Shown here: piece by piece, positions 1-8,706 of the stretch
Numbering within the stretch: the first letter of the stretch is position 1
Layout of the letters: each line of letters begins with the position of its first letter
Assembly: GCA_038741355.1 (NCBI GenBank)
Contig: JAVYLC010000025.1
Location: 1 to 22,963 of the forward strand
Source of the DNA: Nitrososphaerota archaeon
Lineage (GTDB): Archaea; Thermoproteota; Nitrososphaeria_A; Caldarchaeales; Calditenuaceae
Length of the DNA: 22,963 bases
Direction of reading: 5' to 3'
The notes under the pieces: model-generated
Database searches by the model: none
Seen by the model: only the letters and a program-made list of their open reading frames with translations
What the model was told of the DNA's origin: nothing
Made by a program: the position numbers and the translations under genes

Positions 1-175
1 ATAACATGGTATGGAGGGTGCTGTCAACTTAAGGCCATCCACGCCCTTATCCACTTTTCTGAGACCTTTGGCCTATGCGCTGGGAAGTAGGGGTGGTTTT
101 GTTCAGTAGCTTACCGAGAGGTTCAGGGGGAGGTATGACACTACGGCGGGATGGAGGCTGAGAATACCAAAATAT

Positions 176-184
176 GTATAAATC
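176..184 (+). promoter_or_regulatory. TATA-like box upstream of the zinc-ribbon ORF
   Basis: gtataaatc about 25-30 nt before ATG 208, the usual archaeal TATA spacing for a short-leader transcript. Confidence 0.3.
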
Positions 185-207
185 GCTTTTCTATTTAGAG
201 GCTAACA

Positions 208-440
208 ATGGGAGGGAGAGTTAGAATAGCTCTATGGGTTGAGGATGGTATACCGTGTTTCAGCTATGAGGGGGTGGGGAGTCTCTGTTTATTCCATCGG
301 GCCATCTGCCACAGTATGGTAGGGGGGAGTGGTATTGTAGTAAATGTTGTCAGACCTTCTCCAACAGGGATAAATGCCCCAACTGCAACAAAGTATTAAG
401 GAAAAAACCGAGAAGAAAGAGAGCGTCCCAGAGTTTTTAA
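208..440 (+). pseudogene. small zinc-ribbon protein, apparently frameshifted (N-part in frame of 208, C-part in the -1 frame)
   Basis: The ORF starting at ATG 208 gives MGGRVRIALWVEDGIPCFSYEG. After the G-run at 270-279 the -1 frame reads ...ESLFIPSGHLPQYGRGEWYCSKCCQTFSNRDKCPNCNKVLRKKPRRKRASQSF* (stop 438-440) with a CxxC-x9-CxxC ribbon and a basic tail. TATA-like GTATAAATC lies ~25-30 nt upstream of 208. Confidence 0.45.
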
Positions 441-454
441 CAATAGATGGTTGA

Positions 455-1339
455 CTATAATGTTCTACCCAGCGATTTGATCCCCAGCCACGATGATAGT
501 AGGTCTCCGAACAGATATGTAGCGGTTGCCGTACCTACCGTTAGCGCTATATTCATTACAATTTCTTTATGCGAATCTACGTCTCTTACAACAGTCCCAT
601 AGTAAGTGAAGCCGGCTATAAGAGCTATAGAAATGGCTATAGAGGCTGTAAAAGCTGTGAATATGTTGGCTGTCAGGAAGAATGGTAGGGCTTGGAGGAT
701 GACAGTTGAGATGTAGGTTATCCCGGTTAGTAGCGCCGCCCTAAAAGGAACTATGGCTGGGGCTTGCTTTGCTTGAAGATATACTGCTACCGCCATTGAT
801 ATTGAAGCCGCAAACCCGACGACGAGGCCAGCCATGCCTGCCAGAATGGTCACATTGGTGGCGCCCAAGAAGCCTGCATGAACCCCGCTGATCTCGATTA
901 TAGCGTCTGCAAGCCCTAAAACCACGTAGCCCAAGTATTTGATAATGCTCTCTTCAATCTGCCCGACGAGCATTTTTTCATGCTCTTCCTCTTCCCTCAT
1001 TATGTGGAATAGCGTCTCCCTCTCCTTAGAGGGGAGGGCATCGCTAAGCTCTTGATACCACCTAACCACTGACCTCTCATGCCTCTCTAATAGCCTTGCT
1101 ATGAAGACTAGGCCCAGCAGTCTTCTAAGCACTATCATGAGTCCGACCCTAAGCCTTGAAGGAGGCTTAGGCTGATAATTCGTGAGTTGAAGCCAAAACA
1201 TATAATGCTCATACTCTTTTTTGGAGAGGTTTGAAAGAATCTCTCTACGGGAAGTATCCCTTTCCGCATCTGCGAGAGATTTATAGATGACGTAGTCATT
1301 GTATTCGTCTACAACGTACTTCCTTAGCTCTGACTTCAA
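455..1339 (-). CDS. ferritin-like/rubrerythrin-type N-terminal domain fused to VIT1/CCC1-family Fe/Mn transporter
   Basis: N-terminal E-rich helices (DEYNDYVIYKSLADAE..., MREEEEHEKML) followed by the VIT/CCC1-like GLADAIIEISGVHAGFLGATNVTILAGMAGLVVGFAASISMAVAVYLQAK and further TM helices. Confidence 0.8.
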   Translation of the reverse strand: MKSELRKYVVDEYNDYVIYKSLADAERDTSRREILSNLSKKEYEHYMFWLQLTNYQPKPPSRLRVGLMIVLRRLLGLVFIARLLERHERSVVRWYQELSDALPSKERETLFHIMREEEEHEKMLVGQIEESIIKYLGYVVLGLADAIIEISGVHAGFLGATNVTILAGMAGLVVGFAASISMAVAVYLQAKQAPAIVPFRAALLTGITYISTVILQALPFFLTANIFTAFTASIAISIALIAGFTYYGTVVRDVDSHKEIVMNIALTVGTATATYLFGDLLSSWLGIKSLGRTL

Positions 1340-1366
1340 CTATTTTTGAAAGGGTGCGAGGTATAA

Positions 1367-1375
1367 TTTTTATAT
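1367..1375 (+). promoter_or_regulatory. TATA-like box for the ribosomal cluster
   Basis: ttttatatt ~28-36 nt upstream of the L22 ATG (1403). Confidence 0.4.
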
Positions 1376-1402
1376 TGCTTCAACAAATTAGGTGACTAGA
1401 AG

Positions 1403-1861
1403 ATGCCACAGTGGGAATATTCGGTGAAAGGACTGGACCCAGCTACCTCGGTCAAAGCCTCTCTTAGGGAGGTTGATTTATCTCCGAAGTGGAGCCGGGA
1501 GGTCTGCGCTGCGATAAAGGGGTTGAGGCTCCAAGATGCTAGGAGGCTTCTTGAGGATGTGGTGAAGGGGAAGAGGATGATACCATACCGCAGGTATAGA
1601 AAACTGAGGGCGCATCACTCCCAGACAAAGGGGCCTGGTGGATATCCTGTCAAGGTTGCGAGACAATTACTCAAACTTTTAGACTCTTTAGAGGCTAACG
1701 CCGAGTTCAAGGGCCTCGACACTGACCGGCTAGTAGTGGTGCATGCTCAAGCACATAAGGGGAGGATGGTAAAGAAGTTCTTCCCGAGAGCTTTTGGCAG
1801 GGCATCACCACATAATAGAACACTCGTACACATTGAGATAGCAGCGGTCCAGACTCCTTGA
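1403..1861 (+). CDS. rpl22: 50S ribosomal protein L22 (uL22)
   Basis: Archaeal uL22 pattern: WEYSVKGLDPATSVKASLREVDLSPKWSREVCAAIKG...GPGGYPVKVARQLLKLLDSLEANAEFKGLD...AFGRASPHNRTLVHIEI; ribosomal context. Confidence 0.95.
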   Translation: MPQWEYSVKGLDPATSVKASLREVDLSPKWSREVCAAIKGLRLQDARRLLEDVVKGKRMIPYRRYRKLRAHHSQTKGPGGYPVKVARQLLKLLDSLEANAEFKGLDTDRLVVVHAQAHKGRMVKKFFPRAFGRASPHNRTLVHIEIAAVQTP

Positions 1862-1892
1862 GCCTTTTTTAGCGGATCAATCCTTAAATAGA

Positions 1893-2540
1893 GTGGGAAT
1901 TGCTCAAGAAGGTAGATTGGTCACTACCACGGCCAAGATACTTCAGAAGAACATCAAGCGAGGGGAGGTAATAGAATTCATTAAGAACAGGTTAAAAGAC
2001 GCCTTAATCGGCGACGTGTCGATAACCACCTCACCAATCGGGACAAACATCATAATCTACTGCATGAAGCCGGGACTAGTTATAGGGACGCGGGGAAAAA
2101 CGATAAAATCTCTCCAAGATGAGGTGGAGAGGAGATTTGGGTTAGAGAATGTTCAGATTTCTGTCTCTGAGATTGAGGTCCCTGAGCTTAATCCTGAGGT
2201 AATGGCTCAGAGAATTGCTCAGGCTATTGCGAGCGGAGTTAGGTGGAGGAGGGTTGCCTTCTGGGCTTTGAGAAGAATAATGGACGCTGGAGCGATAGGC
2301 GCCGAGACGATAATATCAGGTAAGCTGACCTCGGCGCGTTCAAGATCGGAGAAATTCACCGCAGGATTCATGCCCAAGTCCGGTGAGTTCGCAAAGTACG
2401 TGCGTGTCGGGATAGCCCATGTCCAGCTTGCCACAGGAATATACGGTGTGAAGGTTAAAATCTATCCTCCTGACGCTCCGTTACCAGAGCAAGTCTCTGT
2501 TTCGGTGAAAAAAGAAGTAGAAGAGACTAGTGGTGCGTAA
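1893..2540 (+). CDS. rps3: 30S ribosomal protein S3 (uS3)
   Basis: KH domain (GLVIGTRGKTIKSLQDEVERRFG...) and the C-terminal S3 domain with SGKLTSARSRSEKFTAGFMPKSGE; context. Confidence 0.95.
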   Translation: MGIAQEGRLVTTTAKILQKNIKRGEVIEFIKNRLKDALIGDVSITTSPIGTNIIIYCMKPGLVIGTRGKTIKSLQDEVERRFGLENVQISVSEIEVPELNPEVMAQRIAQAIASGVRWRRVAFWALRRIMDAGAIGAETIISGKLTSARSRSEKFTAGFMPKSGEFAKYVRVGIAHVQLATGIYGVKVKIYPPDAPLPEQVSVSVKKEVEETSGA

Positions 2541-2542
2541 GT

Positions 2543-2749
2543 ATGGTGAGAGAGGTTAGGGAACTGAGGGAGAAGAATGTGGATGAGTTGATGGAGGAGC
2601 TTGAGGCTGCACGGACAGAACTCCGTAACCTCCGAGTCAAGCTATCAATGGCGGGACAAGGCGAGAACACTTCAAACATCCGAAACCTCAAACGCAGAAT
2701 AGCGAGGATACTAACAATACTTAATGAAAAACAGCTTGAGAAGAAATAA
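2543..2749 (+). CDS. rpl29: 50S ribosomal protein L29 (uL29)
   Basis: 68 aa, LREKNVDELMEELEAARTELRNLRVKLSMAGQGENTSNIRNLKRRIARILTILNE, in the correct operon position. Confidence 0.9.
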   Translation: MVREVRELREKNVDELMEELEAARTELRNLRVKLSMAGQGENTSNIRNLKRRIARILTILNEKQLEKK

Positions 2750-3029
2750 AAGAATAGTCTCGCTTATCGGATACCACTGCACATTAATCAAAAAGGCTGA
2801 CGGCTCGCGTTTGGACGGCTTAATAATAGGGGAGACCGCCAACACACTTCTAGTACAAACCCAGAAGGGCCCCAAGAGAATCCCTAAGAAGGGGCATATC
2901 TTCGAGATTGTGGTTGAAGGAGAAAAGATGATAGCTGATGGAGATGAGCTTGTAGGAAGGCCTGCGCAGAACCTTAAACGGATTCGACATAATTGGCTTA
3001 AACGCCCCCTGAGAAGGCTACAGGCCTAG
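2724..3029 (+). CDS. rnp1: ribonuclease P protein component 1 (Rpp29/Rnp1)
   Basis: LIGYHCTLIKKADGSRLDGLIIGETANTLLVQTQKGPKRIPKKGHIFEI...DGDELVGRPAQNLKRI; normal archaeal location between L29 and S17. Exact start uncertain. Confidence 0.9.
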   Translation: MKNSLRRNKRIVSLIGYHCTLIKKADGSRLDGLIIGETANTLLVQTQKGPKRIPKKGHIFEIVVEGEKMIADGDELVGRPAQNLKRIRHNWLKRPLRRLQA

Positions 3030-3087
3030 CGTTTATCCTTATTAAAACGGATATTGTTCTGATTTGTTAAAGGCTGGCTGAGTGGGG

Positions 3088-3441
3088 ATGTCCGGAAGAC
3101 CGGTGGCGAACATAGGTATCGAAGTTAAGCCTCCCCAGGGCGAGTGTAACGACAAGAACTGCCCGTTTCACGGCTCACTAAGGGTGCGGGGCATCATATT
3201 TACAGGAAGGGTTCATAAAAAGCTTATGCAGAGAGCTATAGTCGTGGAGAGGATCATAACTATTTACGTCAAGAAGTATAAGAGGTATATGAGAAGGCGG
3301 TCAAGGATCTCAGCACATTTACCTCCATGCATCAACGTGGAAGTGGGGGATGTTGTAAGGATTGCGGAGACTAGACCTATTTCAAAGACCATAAGCTTCG
3401 TAGTAGTTGAGAATCTCGGGAGGGGTGGGGTAAGTGTCTAA
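3088..3441 (+). CDS. rps17: 30S ribosomal protein S17 (uS17)
   Basis: CNDKNCPFHGSLRVRGIIFTGRVHKKLMQRAIVVERIITIYVKKYKRYMRRRSRISAHLPPCINVEVGDVVRIAETRPISKTISFVVVE; ATG 3088 preferred over GTG 3082. Confidence 0.95.
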   Translation: MSGRPVANIGIEVKPPQGECNDKNCPFHGSLRVRGIIFTGRVHKKLMQRAIVVERIITIYVKKYKRYMRRRSRISAHLPPCINVEVGDVVRIAETRPISKTISFVVVENLGRGGVSV

Positions 3442-3868
3442 GAGGTCGAGGGCGGTTGCTGAAGTAGGCGTCCTGCTTCGGAGACCGAACATCCCTAGGA
3501 CCATCAATAAAGGAGCTTACGTGTTGTGTGCGGATAACACGGGAGCACAGGTTCTCAAAGTAATTCAGGTTATTGGTCTTAAGCAGAGGCTCAGAAGGCA
3601 GCCCGCTGCAGGGGTCGGCGACTTGGTGGCAGTGACTGTTAAAAAAGGGCCTATCGACTTAAGGAAGAAGGTCATGCACGCCGTTATTATTAGGCAGAAG
3701 AAACCGTACAGACGCCCGGATGGGACGTGGATTGCATTCGAGGACACCGCTGCTGTCCTTGTGACGCCTGAGGGGGATGTAAAGGGGTCTGAGATTAAGG
3801 GGCCAGTTGCCCGAGAGGCGGCTGAGAGATGGTCAAAGATAGCCAATATAGCATCTATAATAGTGTGA
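3434..3868 (+). CDS. rpl14: 50S ribosomal protein L14 (uL14)
   Basis: LCADNTGAQVLKVIQVIGLKQRLRRQPAAGVGDLVAVTVKKG...RKKVMHAVIIRQKKPYRRPDGTWIAFEDTAAVLVTPEGDVKGSEIKGPVAREAAERWSKIANIASIIV. Confidence 0.95.
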   Translation: MSKRSRAVAEVGVLLRRPNIPRTINKGAYVLCADNTGAQVLKVIQVIGLKQRLRRQPAAGVGDLVAVTVKKGPIDLRKKVMHAVIIRQKKPYRRPDGTWIAFEDTAAVLVTPEGDVKGSEIKGPVAREAAERWSKIANIASIIV

Positions 3869-3878
3869 TGGTGGGATA

Positions 3879-4244
3879 ATGAAACAAGTTTCGCGGTCAA
3901 AGGATCCTTCCAGGCAGAGACTCATGCTCCGTAATGCTCCGAAGCACGTCCTCCCCAAGTTAATGTCAGCCCACCTAGGTCCAGAGCTGAGGACAAAATA
4001 TGGGAGGCGGTCTCTCCCAATTAGGGTTGGAGACACTGTGAAAGTGATGAGGGGCGAGTATGATGGTGTTCAGGGAAAGGTTAAGAGAGTTAATAGGGAG
4101 AGGCAATGTGTGTATATTGAGGGGCTTACGAGGAGGCGCGCCGATGGAAGGGTCGTAGACATACCTGTCCACGTATCAAATCTAATGATTATTGCCTTGA
4201 ATCTCGATGACAGGCTTAGGAAAGAGAAGTTGGGTGAGGGGTAG
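3879..4244 (+). CDS. rpl24: 50S ribosomal protein L24 (uL24)
   Basis: KOW-type core RRSLPIRVGDTVKVMRGEYDGVQGKVKRVNRERQCVYIEGLTRRRADGRVVDIPVHVSNLMIIALNLDD; operon context. Confidence 0.95.
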   Translation: MKQVSRSKDPSRQRLMLRNAPKHVLPKLMSAHLGPELRTKYGRRSLPIRVGDTVKVMRGEYDGVQGKVKRVNRERQCVYIEGLTRRRADGRVVDIPVHVSNLMIIALNLDDRLRKEKLGEG

Positions 4245-4249
4245 GGGAT

Positions 4250-4966
4250 ATGCACCTCAAGAGGCTAGCCGCACCGAGTATTTACAAAACCCCTAGAAAA
4301 GGATACAAGTTCGCCCCGCGGCCAAGACCAGGCAGACACCCGCTCGACCAGTCCATACCACTTGCAATAATAGTGAGGGATTATCTAGGCTTCGCGGCAA
4401 CTTATGCGGAGGCGAAGAAAATCGTTCATTTAGGCAAGATTCTAGTCGATGGGGAGGTTATTACCGAGCCTAGGTTCGGCGTCGGTCTTATGGATGTAAT
4501 CTCGATACCTTCAATTGGAAAAAACTTTCGCCTCCTGCCTCGCTTCAAAAGGGGCCTTGAACTCTTAGATATCGGTGAGGATGAGTCAAAGGTTAAGCCT
4601 TGCCAAGTGAAGCGCAAACAGCACGTAAACGGTGGCAATATCCAGTTTACTCTCCATGATGGGAGAAATCTACAGTTCCCGCCTAACAGCCCAGAAGTCA
4701 GCTCCATTAAGACTGGAGATACATTTCTGATAGAGTTGCCGAGTCAGACAGTAAAGGCAGTTTTCAAGAGGGTTGAGGGATCATACTGCCTGGTCACCTC
4801 AGGCTCTAGGATGGGACTTCATGGAAAGATTGTCTCTATAGATGTTGAGAGGAGGTACCCGGCTAAGAGGCACGCGGTCATGGAGTCTAGCATAGGCAGA
4901 ATTACCACTATTATTGACTACTTTATGCCTGTTGGTGAGGATAGACCATGGATAGCACTATTCTAG
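4250..4966 (+). CDS. rps4e: 30S ribosomal protein S4e (eS4)
   Basis: MHLKRLAAPSIYKTPRKGYKFAPRPRPGRHPLDQSIPLAIIVRDYLGFAATYAEAKKIVHLGKILVDGEVITEPRFGVGLMDVISIP... Confidence 0.95.
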   Translation: MHLKRLAAPSIYKTPRKGYKFAPRPRPGRHPLDQSIPLAIIVRDYLGFAATYAEAKKIVHLGKILVDGEVITEPRFGVGLMDVISIPSIGKNFRLLPRFKRGLELLDIGEDESKVKPCQVKRKQHVNGGNIQFTLHDGRNLQFPPNSPEVSSIKTGDTFLIELPSQTVKAVFKRVEGSYCLVTSGSRMGLHGKIVSIDVERRYPAKRHAVMESSIGRITTIIDYFMPVGEDRPWIALF

Positions 4967-5472
4967 AGAATCCAATGCGTAGAATCAGGGTCAGTAAGGT
5001 GGTGGTCAACTCTTCCATCGGAGAGGGGGGCGTAAAGCTGGAGAGGGCGGTGAGGATACTCGAGATGCTGACCGGTCAAAAGCCATCGGTCAGAAAGGCT
5101 AAGAAGACTATTCGCGGGTTTGGGATAAGGAAGGGTGAACCGATTGCCGCGGTCGTGACACTGAGGGGTATGAGGGCGTTTGTGTTTCTCCGAAAGGCTT
5201 TGGCAGCAGTAGGTAACAGACTTTCCCGTAGCAACTTCGATGAATATGGAAACTTTGCTTTCGGCATAAAAGAGCACCTCGAGTTTCCGGGTACGAGGTA
5301 CGATCCCGAACTGGGTATAATCGGGATGGACGTTATAGTGCATCTAGCTAGGCCTGGATTAAGGGTTTCGACGAGGCGGATTAAACGGTCGCGGATTGGC
5401 AAATCCCACCGGCTTACACGGGAAGAGGGCATAGAATTCGTCAGAAACGAGTTTGGAACCCAGATAGACTGA
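4948..5472 (+). CDS. rpl5: 50S ribosomal protein L5 (uL5)
   Basis: MRRIRVSKVVVNSSIGEGGVKLERAVRILEMLTGQKPSVRKAKKTIRGFGIRKGEPIAAVVTLRG...FGIKEHLEFPGTRYDPELGIIGMDVIVHLARPGLRVSTRR. Start may be the internal ATG at 4975. Confidence 0.95.
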   Translation: MDSTILENPMRRIRVSKVVVNSSIGEGGVKLERAVRILEMLTGQKPSVRKAKKTIRGFGIRKGEPIAAVVTLRGMRAFVFLRKALAAVGNRLSRSNFDEYGNFAFGIKEHLEFPGTRYDPELGIIGMDVIVHLARPGLRVSTRRIKRSRIGKSHRLTREEGIEFVRNEFGTQID

Positions 5473-5577
5473 GAATTTCAACAATCAAGATGCTGGAGAG
5501 GGTGCTACTCGTAGTCTCATAGATGGACCTTCGGCCAATTGTTATATACGGCGATACACTGTGGCCTAAGCAGACAC

Positions 5578-8172
5578 ATGGGATACTGGGTAGCCAGCAC
5601 CCTGCTAGCCCTTTTTCTATGCGCCATAATATGGGCGGGGATACCCTTCCCAATCATAGAGGCCTACCGGCTTCAGTATGATGGGGTGGGAAATAGCTCA
5701 CAGATTAGCGTCGAGTTATCTAGTGGGGAAAGCATTGAGGTTATTGGGGGATGGAGTAAGTCCACCCTAACAGTCCTCATTGTCCCTAGCGTAGACGAAC
5801 GTTTTACGAGTTGGGCCGGCAGGGCTGTCGACTGGTGGAGGAGAGCAATAGAGACTTTCACAGCACTTTACGGCTACGAGTATTTGAATAGGCTTGAGTT
5901 TGTGAAGCTGGTTCGAGGAGTAAACGGAACATCGGGTGACATCGTCGTAGAATATGTGGAAAACCTTGGGGGACGGATATGCGGTGTAACGTACCTCAGC
6001 GCAGTTTCTGGAGAGATTAGACAAGCATTAGTTCAACTATCTCTAGAATGTATTAGGGGTCGAGAAGAGTATGCGCTTGTAGTTGCGATGCATGAGCTTG
6101 GTCATGCACTGGGATTAGGGCACACTACCGACTCGATAGACTTGATGTACGAATACCTAGTCCCCGGCTCAAGGCCCTCCACGCTGAATCTCTACGCCTT
6201 GGCAGTAATCTACGCATGGCTCGAGCAAGGAATCTTCAAAAGCCCCCCAGATACAGTGACCCTGCCGGCGGGCATTGATTATATCCAGATTTTAGACGTG
6301 AAAGGGGAGCCTGTCAAATTCAGGATAAGAATATTCCTGCTACTTGGAGATAACGAGAGTCTCTATAGAACAATATTCGTACCCGCCGGTCAGAGCTTCA
6401 CTATAAACGTCAACACGATGATCCAAGACGCGGACAACGCCTTGGAGAGGTATATCTTCACCAGTTGGAGGATTAGAGGGTCAGGACAAACACTCTCTAC
6501 AAGTACTTCCCTAACCCTCAAGCCGACCGGCCACGCAGACTATATCGCAGTGTATGATGTCGAGTACAGGGTGGTTGTTGAATATCCTAACGGCACTATT
6601 CTCGACGACTGGATTAGAAGGGGCGATAGGGTATCAGTTAACGCCACCGAGGTGATGTATCTATCTGTTGATGAGAGACTGGTCTTTGTCCGGTGGAGTG
6701 GCGCGATAAACAGCACCAACGTTAGGCTTGAGCTTGTCGTGGAGTCGCCAATTCACCTGTATGCGGTTTATAGAAAGGAGTTTCTTGTCGAGGTTGCATC
6801 CGACTTTGGTGAGCCCACGGTCTCAGGGTGGTGGCCGGAGGGGGCGCTCCTCAACATAACAATCAACCCCAGCATCGTATACCTCTCCGAAGATGCAAGA
6901 GTTGTGCTAAGAGGATTCAACGGCTCCCATATAACCCAAACACCCTACCTGCTGATCAACCTAACAGAGCCTGTACATCTATCCGCGGTCTGGAAACAGC
7001 AGTCTCTCGTGACGATCAAGAGTACGGGGGGAGAGCTACAAGAGTACATATGGGCAGACAACGCGTCCAGAATAACGGTCACCGTGCCCAGAGAGATTTT
7101 CTGGGATAACGGGTCAAAGGCTGTCTTCACGGGCTGGCTAAATCCGGATCTGGGCCCAGAGCCCACGCAGAGTCTGACAATTACCGGTGCTAGGGTCTTA
7201 ACCCCATTGTATGAGAGGTATTATCTCGTAGAAGTTGTTTCTGGTGTGAAGGTGGATGTACCGCCCAACTGGTATAGGCGTGGGGAAGTCTTTGAGTTTG
7301 AGGCCCCTGGCACGGTGGAGCTGGATGACGGGTTAAGAGCCGTATTTCTCGGAACCTCTGAAGGGGCTGGGGATACGTTGAGGTTTGTAGTCCAGTGGCC
7401 AAAAACTATAGTGCTGTATTGGAGAGAGGAGGCACGGATAACGATTAAAAATCCGGCGATAGGAGTGGATAAAATAATCTGGGCCCCTATAAACCACACC
7501 ATCGTGCTGGATACACCGTCCATAATACCTGTCAGCCCACGTGAGGCGTTCGAGTTCGTCAAATGGACCGGTGGACTTGAGTCAGGAGAGAGAACCATTT
7601 CGATCACGGTTAATGGAGGCATCGAGCTCAGACCCGAATATAGGAGAATATATCGCGTCGTGTTTAACACCTCACCTTCACTTAGTGTTGAGTTACTGCT
7701 TCAAGAGCCGTCGGGCAAGCTCTACTGGGTGCGGAGTGGTGAGTCGGCTTGGCTACCGGAGGGCCGCCTAGCAATTAAAGGGGTGTACTGGGAAGGCCTC
7801 GAGGTTAAGAATGCCTCTGAAGTATATGTCAACGGGCCGGGCGCTTACCAGGTTAAACTAGCCGTGAGAAGCTTGGATGTCGAAGTTTTAGACATGCTCG
7901 GCCTACCCGCGCCCTACTACGAGGTGCAAGCCCTCCGCCCGGATACCGTTGTAGAATCCCGCGCTTTTTCAGACTCTGCCGGGCTAGCTAGGCTGAATGC
8001 CGTCAGCTCATCGGCTAGCGAAATAGAGGCTAGATGGATGGTTTTTGAGGTCTCTGCAAAGCCAGGCCCGCAGAGAGTGCAGGTTAGGGCTCCAGTAAGC
8101 TTCTATACTCTTCTCCTAGCATCCACCGTGTTGATTTCTATATCTGCGATACTGGCTTATAGGCGGTTCTAG
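5578..8172 (+). CDS. secreted, C-terminally membrane-anchored metzincin-like zinc metalloprotease with repeated extracellular modules
   Basis: N-terminal hydrophobic segment ([25 protein letters not shown]), zinc-binding motif [19 protein letters not shown] (HExxHxxGxxH plus downstream Met), several ~80 aa repeats of the style 'FxGWxxx...hxAvYxxxYxVxV', and a C-terminal TM segment ([23 protein letters not shown]). ORF track start is 5539; ATG 5578 is a better signal-peptide start. Confidence 0.75.
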   Translation: MGYWVASTLLALFLCAIIWAGIPFPIIEAYRLQYDGVGNSSQISVELSSGESIEVIGGWSKSTLTVLIVPSVDERFTSWAGRAVDWWRRAIETFTALYGYEYLNRLEFVKLVRGVNGTSGDIVVEYVENLGGRICGVTYLSAVSGEIRQALVQLSLECIRGREEYALVVAMHELGHALGLGHTTDSIDLMYEYLVPGSRPSTLNLYALAVIYAWLEQGIFKSPPDTVTLPAGIDYIQILDVKGEPVKFRIRIFLLLGDNESLYRTIFVPAGQSFTINVNTMIQDADNALERYIFTSWRIRGSGQTLSTSTSLTLKPTGHADYIAVYDVEYRVVVEYPNGTILDDWIRRGDRVSVNATEVMYLSVDERLVFVRWSGAINSTNVRLELVVESPIHLYAVYRKEFLVEVASDFGEPTVSGWWPEGALLNITINPSIVYLSEDARVVLRGFNGSHITQTPYLLINLTEPVHLSAVWKQQSLVTIKSTGGELQEYIWADNASRITVTVPREIFWDNGSKAVFTGWLNPDLGPEPTQSLTITGARVLTPLYERYYLVEVVSGVKVDVPPNWYRRGEVFEFEAPGTVELDDGLRAVFLGTSEGAGDTLRFVVQWPKTIVLYWREEARITIKNPAIGVDKIIWAPINHTIVLDTPSIIPVSPREAFEFVKWTGGLESGERTISITVNGGIELRPEYRRIYRVVFNTSPSLSVELLLQEPSGKLYWVRSGESAWLPEGRLAIKGVYWEGLEVKNASEVYVNGPGAYQVKLAVRSLDVEVLDMLGLPAPYYEVQALRPDTVVESRAFSDSAGLARLNAVSSSASEIEARWMVFEVSAKPGPQRVQVRAPVSFYTLLLASTVLISISAILAYRRF

Positions 8173-8606
8173 CGCCTCGGCTTCTTAGCCTTACCCAGAA
8201 CAAGCAACTTTAGAGGGACGCCGTTGACGGTAACCACCTCGTATCTGACCCCTGGCAAGTCGCCGTAGCTCTTGCCCAGGGTTCCTCCAATCCCCTGAAT
8301 AATCACCTCATCGTGCTCGTCAACTACGTTCAGCGCCCCGTCGCCAGGCAGGAAGGCGGTCACAACCTTCCCATTCTTCGTCAACTGCACACGGACACAC
8401 TTCCTAACAGCGCTGTTTGGTTGCCTCGACTCTATCCCTTTCTTCTCGATTACGATTCCCTTCGCCATGGGGGCTCCCTCCAGGGGATCAAACTTCTCCT
8501 TGAGGTTAAGCATCCTAATCTTGTATCGCCTCTGACTCCACCTAAACCTCTTCCTAACCTTAATCAGCTGCCTCGCCGCGAACTCCCCATTCCCCATTTC
8601 TGCCAT
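8169..8606 (-). CDS. rps12: 30S ribosomal protein S12 (uS12)
   Basis: [112 protein letters not shown]. Confidence 0.95.
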   Translation of the reverse strand: MAEMGNGEFAARQLIKVRKRFRWSQRRYKIRMLNLKEKFDPLEGAPMAKGIVIEKKGIESRQPNSAVRKCVRVQLTKNGKVVTAFLPGDGALNVVDEHDEVIIQGIGGTLGKSYGDLPGVRYEVVTVNGVPLKLLVLGKAKKPRR

Positions 8607-8687
8607 AGAGTATTAATGGTTGAATTATTTAACCCCCATCTCCACACGTCGCATAGTCCCCCTGACGTGGATAGGCCCCTGGTTAGA

Positions 8688-8706
8688 GTGGGGGGCGTCC
8701 CCCCAC
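8688..8706. repeat. perfect GC-rich hairpin (8 bp stem, 3 nt loop)
   Basis: GTGGGGGG-CGT-CCCCCCAC. Confidence 0.7.

Noticed and set aside
3565-4707. Minus-strand and alternative-frame ORFs across L14/L24/S4e
   Set aside because: They overlap highly conserved ribosomal genes and have no domain features.
6828-7771. Alternative-frame ORFs within the metalloprotease gene, including 7221..7670 on the minus strand
   Set aside because: The 877 aa frame is uninterrupted with a coherent repeat architecture; the others look like composition artefacts.
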